Shown here one piece after another: positions 50,250 to 60,759 of a DNA stretch of 64,000 nucleotides. The position numbers and the translations under genes are program-made. How positions within the stretch are numbered: the stretch's first letter is position 1; each line of letters starts with the position of its first letter. The DNA is from Laetmonice hystrix. Lineage: Eukaryota. The DNA is taken from NCBI GenBank assembly GCA_965235115.1, contig OZ249440.1, forward strand, positions 8,928,001 through 8,992,000, in the 5' to 3' direction. Under the pieces are notes generated by a model, which was given only the letters and a program-made list of their open reading frames with translations, was not told the DNA's origin and made no database searches.

Positions 50250-51517
50250 CCTGCAAATTCTGGGGTACCTTCAAACCTTTGTTCACGGAGCCTGAATAAA
50301 TTTCGGTTCAAGGGTATTTTGTGCCATCATCCTGTTTTATGGATCCGTGTGTACAGAATACCGCGGGTATTCATGTTTTAACTATATTCCTGTGGTGTTT
50401 TTAACAGCAAAATGTCTACATGAGAACCCCCATTATAGGTATCTGCATTTGGACCAAGTTTCATGCTTTCGTCTCCCTGAGCGAACAAATTTAATAAAGT
50501 GTAGACAAGTCATAAATAATACAGAGATTATCTTAAGAAAACAGAAAGCGTAAACTCTGTCTTCAAACGGACTGACACATTGTCCAGCTTCACCTTTTTT
50601 GTTAGGCATTGCCACGGGGACTTGTGGTTGTGTTAGCATTGGTTCCTTAAAGATAAAACACGTACGGTTAAATTTAGATCGGCCTACCATCTCTCTCCGT
50701 CTCTCCAAGTTAGAGCGAGAGAGTGAGATTTCCTTGAAAGGTTACCAGTACCGGGGAAGGTAGGCCTGGCGGCCGACGTCGGCCTGAAGTCGGTGACATT
50801 TCCTACCAGCTCCCGTTAATCTAAGAAAAATTGCATCTATTTGGGATCTATCTTCACTTTGATTTGCTTGGTTTCGAGGCGATTGCACGTCGATTAATTA
50901 TTTCAACAATTAATATTCTACAGTCGTAAATAATTCTACCTTGGGTTGCACTCGGCTGACATTATGAGACGAGGCTGTTATTTTAGCGGGACAGAAAAGG
51001 AATTGCTTCATTGTCATGTACAAATTAAGCACATTAATTGTCACACTCAATTTGTTATGGGTCTTATTAGGGAAGGAGCCGATTAACTTTTACCTCGGAG
51101 AGTGTCGGCATGGCTGTGTGTCTGGAAGATGGAAACTAAAAAAGGTAGTGCGGTTGAAAACCACATATTTGACTGGTGGAGAAGGGGCGAGGCTAGGAGG
51201 GAGGGATCGGTTCCCTGTGGCAGGCCGCCTTGGTTTGTATGGCGTGTTGTCACGATTGGCCCGTATTCTTGACCAGCGGTCAGTGCCGGGAATCCGGGAG
51301 GTGGAAGCATTGTGTTGGGGGCGGCGATGGTGCTTGCTATACCTATTGACCAGCCAGAGTGGCAAGGCCTGTTGGCACCTGTCGTCCTTCTTCCTGGGAG
51401 AAATGTGAGAAGGGGGAGGGGGAGGGAGGGTGCCCAGGAACAAGGCCTTCAGGACAAGGCCGCCTGCCGAGCCTGCCATGACACCACCTCACCCACACAC
51501 CCACACCCCACACCCAC

Positions 51518-51607
51518 CCCTCTTAGCTCCCCACACCCACCCCTCTTAGCTCCCCACACCCCACACCCACCCCTCTTAGCTCCCCACACCCACCCCTCTT
51601 AGCTCCC
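51518..51607. repeat. 4 copies of ccctcttagctccc(cacacc)n (23/30-bp units)
   Basis: Directly visible. Confidence 0.85.
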
Positions 51608-52299
51608 AGAGGTGCCGCTCAGCAGCAGTGATGGAAAGTCTTTGGTGTTGGTCGCTAGGTGTTGAGGGCGGCAGGTTTAAAACCAAGCACGTCGCAGCCA
51701 GGAACACCCGGCGAAGAATCTTATAGTGAGCCAAGCAGAGAATGATTTGTTGCTGGAGAAGGCAGTGCCTTATATTTATTAATGTCTCCTTTATCTGATA
51801 ATGGGCATTTTGTTGGTGTAACCAGGGTTTCCGCCAAAGTAAAGGAAGAAGAAGCCATAAGGTTCTTACGTCTAGCTCCTCCTTATAAGAGATATCTAAG
51901 TACATTGTATGGGGTTGGCCAAATTTATGAACCACAATTCTAGTTCTCGAATAGGTGGTCTTTGTAAATAGTTTATGTAAGAAGGCCTTTTCTCCGTGTC
52001 TAGAAGTTAAAACAATCATATGAGAGACTAGCTTGTTGGTTTCATCGAGATATTTTATGACGTCAGCCATTCCGCTGAGAGGTGTGATCGGCCAAAAGAT
52101 GGATGGTCGGATTTTTGCCCGAGAACAGGCGGGGTTGGCCCCACGCTGACTGGCCAGGCGTGAGAGTTATAATAACCTTTTCGTCTGATACATGATCTAG
52201 AGCTAGCAGGGGACGACTATTGTGATATTGTGCTAGCCCAGGACGGACTGGTCCAGGTTGTGGAGGGGGTGGGTCTGCGGATAGAGGCAGAATTGACAC
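51576..52299 (-). pseudogene. Probable retrotransposon ORF1 remnant (Tx1/L1-like)
   Basis: 164-aa non-repetitive ORF with RIVVHKFGQPHTMY, resembling Tx1-type V.Y.GQP.TC; a possible ORF2 start (SHNVSRV) lies downstream near 50950. Confidence 0.4.
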
Positions 52300-52438
52300 T
52301 GGGGCAAAAAAATTGCCGAACAGCCCATGGCAGAGGTGAAGGAATGTTATTAAAAGTGCCGACAGTAGCTGGTGACGTGTGTAATTCGTTCAGGACGTAT
52401 CGTTACGTCTGGCTGGCTCTGTGGGGTGACGTAACACG

Positions 52439-52519
52439 GCCCAAGCCCAGGCCCAGGCCCAGGCCCAGGCCCAAGCCCAAGCCCAGGCCCAAGCACAGAC
52501 CCAAGCCCAAGCCCAGGCC
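52439..52519. repeat. (GCCCA(A/G))n hexanucleotide repeat
   Basis: Directly visible; gives the PRPKP and AWAWA ORF artefacts. Confidence 0.9.
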
Positions 52520-52699
52520 GTGTCCCGGTTTTTCTGACGACCGACCCAAGTATCAGAGAACACCAGCTGATTGCCAGTATACGCGGTGGCCACCGACGCT
52601 CTGAGAGGGGCGGATGTAGCGGGAAACAGGATGTCGACTTGGCTGAGGGCCTGTGCGTCGAGGCATTAGGCACCAGACTTTGATGAACCCCATTAGCGA

Positions 52700-53100
52700 A
52701 CTGGATACACCTTGTGCGTGTAATTGTGGTCGACTCCCACCCTGATGAATCGCATCGACCTAATTAGATCAGGATGGATTCTGGGCCAGTCTCTGGCAGC
52801 CGCCGCTTCCTCCAGGACATTAGGGGAGGGGGGGGGGAGGTCCCACATCGTTGTTCAGGATGTAAAAATAGCCACCAAGGTGGCTGTCTCTACCCACCGG
52901 CCTTAGAGATATTCTGTCAGAAATCAGTGGTCGTGAAGACATTGGTATTGGTTTATGAAATGACTGCAAGGGTACAGAAATGGCCTGGTGTGGCGGTCAT
53001 TGGTTTCCACTTAACCACCACGAGTGATCCAGCCCAAGGTCACGACAGAGATAGGCACAGTCAAGTCGAATGACCTTTAACTGCAGATTTTAAGAATTTT
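52700..53100 (-). mobile_element. Decayed L2/Rex-type APE endonuclease fragment
   Basis: Minus-strand IRLDCAYLC...DRISLRPVGRDSHLGGYFYI (~52860-53070). Confidence 0.35.
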
Positions 53101-54052
53101 GATTAAAGGTTGTTGGTTTTGACCACCGACCTGGAAAGACCAAGGTCAAAGCCAGCTGGTTTGTATTTATTATATATATCCATTTGTTTTGCAGGGGTCC
53201 GAGAAATGTGTGGACTATCTTACACTTTGATAGATGTACAAGACCGCAGCTCCTCATGTTGGCCTACTTCTTACAAATCTTTCCTGACAGGGCTCGATCT
53301 GTGGGAGCAGTTTGGTCGCGCGCCAAATTTCTGGATTCGCAGTGTCACACCAGAGCGACAGAAAGGGGGGAAATTGTGTGTAGAAACAAGACTGACCACC
53401 ACGCGCTGTGTTTGCAGAGGGAGGAGAGGGTGGGCGATTAAATGAATTTGGGTTGACGAGGACGTAAACCTGGGTGCAAGTCAACCTTATGAGGCTTAGA
53501 GGAGGCAAATGGGGCCGTGAAATGTGGGTGGCGGTGTCAATATTGGAATTGGTTGAATGGGACCGTGTGAAAAGTACGGGTGGGGGTGGGGGGTGGGGTG
53601 GGGGTGGGGTGGGGTGGGGTGGGGTGGTGACCCAAGGGGATGTGGTGCAGGCCAGAGCTCGGACAGAATGAAGGCCGGACGGGTTGTCACCCAGTCGTCT
53701 GACGTATCGGGTTTTTGGGCGGTGGCGAGTGAGGTCGGCGGGTTGGCCGCCCTTACCATGGAGGAAAGCGTATTGAAGGCATTGTCTGCTGCAGCGCTCA
53801 GCCCACTACAGTGTTTGATGGTTGTGGCGGTGGTGGGGAGAGACGACAATCATTTTGTGGGTGAAGGTCGATCGATGGGAGGTGGCAAACAGGGTTCTCG
53901 CCATCATGGCCGCTTCCTCTAGTGGAAACGGTGCTTGACCTCCTGCCTTACTAACCTGGAGGCAACTAACCTGGGTTACCGGCCCATGCAACCCGGCCGG
54001 CCTGTTAGTATGACCTTCTACATAACTGATAACATCCAACAGACATCGTGGT

Positions 54053-54621
54053 ATAACTCAGATAAAGGGACTGATATAACCCAGATAAACTGTCGGATAT
54101 AACCCAGATAAACTGTCGGATATAATCCAGATAAACTGTCGGATAGAACCCAGATAAACTGTCTGATATAGTCCAGATAAACTGTCGGATATAACCCAGA
54201 TAAACTGTCGGATATAACCCAGATAAACTGTCGGATATAACCCAGATAAACTGTCGGATATAACCCAGATAAACTGTCGGATATAACCCAGATAAACTCT
54301 GATATAACCCAGATAAACAGCCTGATATAACCCAGATAAACAGCCTGATATAACCCAGATAAACAGCCTGATATAACCCAGATAAACAGCCTGATATAAT
54401 CCAGATAAACAGCCTGATATAACCCAGATAAAGGGACTGATATAACCCAGATAAAGGGACTGATATAACCCAGATAAACTGTCGGATATAACCCAGATAA
54501 ACTATCGGATATAACCCAGATAAACTGTTGGATATAACCCAGATAAACAGCCTGATATAACCCAGATAAACTGTCGGATATAACCCAGATAAACAGCCTG
54601 ATATAATATAACCCAGATAAA
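54053..54621. repeat. 23-bp minisatellite ataacccagataaactgtcggat (variants ...aacagcctgat, ...agggactgat), ~25 copies
   Basis: Directly visible. Confidence 0.97.
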
Positions 54622-56229
54622 TTTAACTGGTGGGCACAAGGAACGCAGCTCTGAGATTAGACTCCAGCACCCTGTTTTTAAAACGTGCACTTTCCTGAAC
54701 TTGTCTTGGGAGGTCATTCGTCATGCTAACACGCGCTTGGATTTCATCATTCAAGATTATGTTTGAGAATCTCATCTGTATGCTGGTCTCTGCTGGTTTT
54801 TTTCAACCCCACCGCCCCCAGCTTGGGCTCGGGGATGTGGATGTGGGATGGGAGGGTGACATAAAAAGAGAATTGCTTATGACAAGAACGGTTGATATGG
54901 CGTGTGATCCAAGGTGTTGTGGAAGCTGCGCACCTCGGAGTTAGGGCCAGAACACCGGGTTCGCCTTACCATGGTCCGTGGTTTTAATATGCTGTCATGT
55001 AGGATTACTGCAGGAAAATCAAATAGAAATGAAAAATGTAAATTACAAGAGAAATACGGACAAAAGGACTGGGGTTTAGAGAAATATGCAAGATGTGTTT
55101 TCATTGGGCTTTATGAAATCTCAGTCAGAAGGGGTGCCACAGGGAGCTATCATGGGGGTACTCCATATGATAAGAATGAAAGTAGGAATTTAAAAGATAA
55201 CATCGGTAGAATTTTAATCAGTGCAGGTCTCTCTTTTTTTTGTCAAGAAACTTATAGTTATTACGAAAGTGCCGAACCGAATCTTAGTAGCTGTATAAAG
55301 AATTGATGTCACACTTAAGTTGTCCACTGTCGGAATGACGACTCGGTGTTCAGTTTGAAATGTGAAAGAAAAAAGCAAAAGGGATCGCACAACATTGATG
55401 CATTGGCGAATTATTTATTTACCAAACAATTTCAATAAAGTAATGCAATAAGCGAAAGAAGTAGAGAATTGGGAAACAAAGCTAGATTTTGTATTGCGTT
55501 ATTTCCTGGAGCGTGCGTTTTAATACGGCACTATTATGGCAGCCTAGCGACGGTTTGTGTGGAGGCACAAGGATAATGAACGACGTCTCGTTGCATTAAG
55601 GAGCCATAAAGACAGCCAAGCAAGCGGTGTGCCCGTCCATTGAGGAGTCCCCTGATTGTAGTTCATCGCGATCAGTATCACAGCTGAGGTCGAGCTGTGT
55701 TCAGGGTCATACAAAGCCAGTGGGTGGATGGAGGGAACGCCAGGCCGGCCCGGCATCTGGTTAGCGTCGTGTCATATTTGTCTAAATTTGGCCTGAAATT
55801 CATAGGAAAATGTAGATGCATAGCTCGTGGCAGGACGGCGGTGGTGGCGTCAAACTCCCGGCTGGGGGTCCGGAGGTCGTCGCCTGGACTGACGGCTGCC
55901 GCACGTGCCGAGCGCGTGTTTTGTTGGGTGAGGGTGGGGGAGGGGGCAGAACGTGCCGCAATAATTTAGCTGATATCGATGGGTTGCGAGGATGGGCATT
56001 GGGTAGTGATTGGGTGAGCGGTTTATAATGGAGACCTCGGCTGTGGGAGAGTCGATCAACAAACAGCGGCAACTGGCGGGTTATATTGAGAATGCTCGAG
56101 GCCAGGTGGCAGTGGAGGTGTGACCAGTTGACGGGACTGATTTCATTTCTCCAGTATTCTTCACGTGTGACTTGAGTTACTCACGGTGCTTGAGAACCGA
56201 TTAGAATACTCGAGACAAATGAAGGGGAA

Positions 56230-57277
56230 GGAAAGGTTTGTAAACGTATCCTGGTCGCTTGACCTTGGGTCGTTACATAAGTCGGGGGTCAGTGCAGGAA
56301 AGGTTTGTAAACGTTTCCTGGTCGCTTGACCTTGGGTCGTTACATAACTTGGGGTCAGTGCAGGAAAGGTTTGTAAACGTATCCTGGTCGCTTGACCTTG
56401 GGTCGTTACATAACTCGGGGTCAGTGCAGGAAAGGTTTGTAAACGTATCCTGGTCGCTTGACCTTGGGTCGTTACATAACTCGGGGTCAGTGCAGGAAAG
56501 GTTTGTAAACGTATCCTGGTGGCTTGACCTTGGATCGTTACATAACTCTGGGTCAGTGCAGGAAAGGTTTGTAAACGTATCCTGGTCGCTTGACCTTGGG
56601 TCGTTACATAACTCGGGGTCAGTGCAGGAAAGGTTTGTAAACGTATCCTGGTCGCTTGACCTTGGGTCGTTACATAACTCGGGGTCAGTGCAGGAAAGGT
56701 TTGTAAACGTATCCTGGTCGCTTGACCTTGGGTCGTTACATAACTCGGGGTCAGTGCAGGAAAGGTTTGTAAACGTATCCTGGTCGCTTGACCTTGGGTC
56801 GTTACATAACTTGGGGTCAGTGCAGGAAAGGTTTGTAAACGTATCCTGGTCGCTTGACCTTGGATCGTTACATAACTCGGGGTCAGTGCAGGAAAGGTTT
56901 GTAAACGTATCCTGGTCGCTTGACCTTGGATCGTTACATAACTCTGGGTCAGTGCAGGAAAGGTTTGTAAACGTATCCTGGTCGCTTGACCTTGGATCGT
57001 TACATAACTCGGGGTCAGTGCAGGAAAGGTTTGTAAACGTATCCTGGTCGCTTGACCTTGGATCGTTACATAACTCGGGGTCAGTGCAGGAAAGGTTTGT
57101 AAACGTATCCTGGTCGCTTGACCTTGGATCGTTACATAACTCGGGGTCAGTGCAGGAAAGGTTTGTAAACGTATCCTGGTCGCTTGACCTTGGGTCGTTA
57201 CATAACTCGGGGTCAGTGCAGGAAAGGTTTGTAACCGTATCCTGGTCGCTTGACCTTGGGTCATTACATAACTCGGG
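56230..57277. repeat. 66-bp minisatellite, ~16 highly similar copies
   Basis: Unit ggaaaggtttgtaaacgtatcctggtcgcttgaccttgggtcgttacataactcggggtcagtgca. Confidence 0.98.
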
Positions 57278-57297
57278 ATCGTTCAGTCTAGGGTCGA

Positions 57298-57810
57298 TTT
57301 GGGACCCAGGGGATGGTGCTGTTTGTGTACCTGGCGATGATGCTGGGAGGCAGGAGGGAGGGAGGGCAGTGGGACCTAGGGGATGGTGCTGTTTGTGTAC
57401 CTGGTGATGATGCTGGGAGGCAGGGGATGGTGCTGTTTGTGTACCTGGTGATGATGCTGGGAGGCAGGAGGGAGGGAGGGCAGTGGGACCTAGGGGATGG
57501 TGCTGTTTGTGTACCTGGTGATGATGCTGGGAGGCAGGGGATGGTGCTGTTTGTGTACCTGGTGATGATGCTGGGAGGCAGGAGGGAGGGAGGGCAGTGG
57601 GACCTAGGGGATGGTGCTGTTTGTGTACCTGGTGATGATGCTGGGAGGCAGGAGAGAGGGAGGGCAGTGGGACCTAGGGGATGGTGCTGTTTGTTTACCT
57701 GGCGATGATGCTGGGAGGCAGGAGGGTGGGAGGGCAGTGGGACCTAGGGGATTGTCCTGATTGTGTACCTGGCGATGATGCTGGGAGGCAGGAAGGAGGG
57801 AGGGAGGGCA
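57298..57810. repeat. Composite minisatellite, 44-bp core with or without a 26-bp purine-rich insert
   Basis: ggatggtgct starts at 57311, 57381, 57425, 57495, 57539, 57609, 57679, 57749 (spacings 70,44,70,44,70,70,70). Confidence 0.95.
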
Positions 57811-59980
57811 GGGGACCCGGGCCCAGACCGCCGGACGGTGGTGCCCGTAGGTCGGCAGGGGTCACCGGCCGAAGACGGGAGGACGTGTAAGAGGCCGGCT
57901 AGGGTGATGTGTGTGTGTTTGTGTGTGTATGATGGCCATCCCAGTCCACCACTCGGGTCTGGGGGTTACAACTCGTGTCGGCCACTGGAGCACGGGATGG
58001 CCGGCCAATCCGTCGATATGTGCCCCTCCCCCACCCACCCACCCACCCTGGCCGGTCGGGGATGGCTGACCCGCCAATGGGCCGTCGGACAGAAGCGCCC
58101 GCTGCAGGGGAAGATCTTCCTGCTGCCCAAAGCCCTGGCCTTGAGCCCTCCGTTTGAGCCTCCTACTGGCGGGACTCTCTATTGTGGGCCACGCGATTGT
58201 ATCGAGGGGAGGGTAGGCAGGCGGCCATGGAGTCGGAGTCAAGTGGGTTGCCTCCTAGTTTAGCCCAAGTTGCCGTAGACGGGCCGTGTCGGGGATGCCC
58301 CACCTAAGTTACCCTGTAGGTCACCGTCTGATATTTGGCATTCCCGCCAACACACAAATGAAATTGGTTGGCAAAGATATTGAATTACTTTGACGCTGCT
58401 TGATCCACCACTGTCACTTATTATGTGCGCCTGGCCGTTGCCATGGTGACGCATCAGCCAGGCTGCATACATTGCGCAGTAGCGGGGTTCAACCATTGTT
58501 ATTTTTTGAGAACTAAGGTAGCAAAGATGCAGCCCGCCCAGTTCCAGGTGTTGTGCCAGGTAGGTGACCGTCATGCTCATTAACTGTGGTCAAACTTGGC
58601 CTCCATGTGCGGGGGACCGTGCCGAGTGTCTGGCGTGAAGGAGGTGTTTGTAGGCGCTGGGAAAACGCCGGTACACGACCGACGAAAGAGGAGCGCGGGA
58701 ATGGAGGCTCAGGGAGGCTGGCTGGCTGGCTTGGCTGGCGGTCGCTGGCGCCGCCGCTACGATACGACGTATAACGGGGGCTGGATGTGAGGACCGGTCG
58801 ATGGGGAACAGGAGGCCTGGTTTGGCACGTGGGGGTATGGAAACAAGCCCGATGGAGGTTACTACCATCACTGACGCCCAAACCAACGGTGTTAGCACAT
58901 GATGCCACCAGTCAACCACGCTCAAGTTTTAAAAAAACAACAACCACCGTCATGGCTCAGTGGCTCATCCATTGCTAACCGATTCGGATTAAGCCAAAGG
59001 ATTCCGTTGGATAAACATCCCCTACCCCCCCTCCCCCCCCCCACACACACACACTGGAGTACATCGAGTCAGGAGAGATAGCTGTGGCTATGGTGGTCTG
59101 TACACCACACTCTATCCTGAGGCAGGCTGAACTAGAAGGGGGTACGGGAAGATACCCCCAATGCTCTCAGCTTTACCTCCCCGGGAGCAACACAAGGCGG
59201 CGCCCCTTGTTCTGTCTATCCCTCCCTGCACCCCTCTCCCTCTCCTCTGCACCCCTAAGATAAAACCCTCCCCGTTTGGCACGATTTCAGCATCCAGGGC
59301 TCATCCCGAAGCCGTCGGTTAATGGGCGGCTCAAAGTCGGCTCGATTTGTTACGTCAGGATGGTCGGGGGTACTGTCACTTGATTGCCGCCTGCTTCATT
59401 CATCACTGTTTAAATGATCAATGTGCTAGCATGTTTTAACTGCATTATGGAGACTTCCGCCGCTACAGCCAGATTTCCATAAAGGCCTGTTTTATGTGCC
59501 AGGAACCAATTGCCCGTGGGGACATGAGCAGTGGATGTTTGGGGTGCCCATGTCGGCACGGCGGAGGGAACCCATAAATACAGCTTTTACCACCCCATGC
59601 TGCAAGTCTCTGTGTTCTGTCAGTCGTGACTTGAGTGTTATGTTACGCCCATATCTACTGTAACCCTTGCTCTCTCGTCTTCAGTTGAGAAAAAAAAGGT
59701 TCTCCACCAAACGGTCCCCTTGATCTGTGTGTTGGAAATGAAAGCACTTTCTGAGACGAGATCTGATGGCCGATCAGGGCAGCATATCGCGGTGGATTAG
59801 TGGATAGCAGGATTAAGATAGAGTCAGGGACGGCGTGACCCGCGGAGTGATGTGGAACCGGGAGAGGTGGTTGTCGTGAAGGGGGGATTGCCACGTCCCT
59901 TGTAGCCAGAGAGGGTCGGTAGGTTGCGTTCACTGAAAAGGGAGCAATGGGTCGCTTGGAGCAAAGTGGGATGGATGATG

Positions 59981-60759
59981 TTCCTGTGCAGTGAGAGGGG
60001 GTAGGCTTATTCCTTTTGGAGTGAGAGGGGTGGGTAGGTTCCTTGTGGAGTGAGAGGGGGTGGGTAGGTTCCTTGTGGAGTGAGAGGGGGTGGGTAGGTT
60101 CCTTGTACAGTGAGAGGGGGTGGACAGGTTCCTTGTACAGTGAGAGGGGGTGGGCAGGTTCCTTGTACAGTAAGAGGGGGTGGGTAGGTTCCTTGTACAG
60201 TGAGAGGGGGTGGGTAGGTTCCTTGTGCTGTGAGAGGGGATGGGTAGGTTCCTTGTACAGTAAGAGGGGGTGGGTAGGTTCCTTGTACAGTGAGAGGGGG
60301 TGGGTAGGTTCCTTGTGCTGTGAGAGGGGGTGGGTAGGTTCCTTGTACAGTGAGAGGGGGTGGGTAGGTTCCTTGTACAGTGAGAGGGGGTGGGTAGGTT
60401 CCTTGTGCTGTGAGGGGGGTGGGGAGGTTCCTTGTACAGTGAGAGGGGGTGGGGAGGTTCCTTGTACAGTGAGAGGGGTGGGGAGGTTCCTTGTACAGTG
60501 AGAGGGGGTGGGGAGGTTCCTTGTACAGTGAGAGGGGGTAGGCTTATTCCTTGTGGAGTGAGAGGGGGTGGGTAGGTTCCTTGTACAGTGAGAGGGGATG
60601 GGCAGGTTCCTTGCACAATGAGAGGGGGTGGGTAGGTTCCTTGTACAGTGAGAGGGGGTGGGGAGGTTCCTTGTACAGTGAGAGGGGGTGGGTAGGTTCC
60701 TTGTACAGATGAGGGGGTGGGTAGGTTCCCTGTACAGATGAGGGGGTGGGTAGGTTCCA
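59981..60759. repeat. 30-bp G-rich minisatellite gtgagagggggtgggtaggttccttgtaca, ~26 copies
   Basis: Directly visible. Confidence 0.97.

Noticed and set aside
54914-55306. 130-aa + strand ORF with ARCVFIG (copia-like)
   Set aside because: No other copia motifs; the opposite strand shows a LINE-type PWIT motif; treated as a chance ORF.
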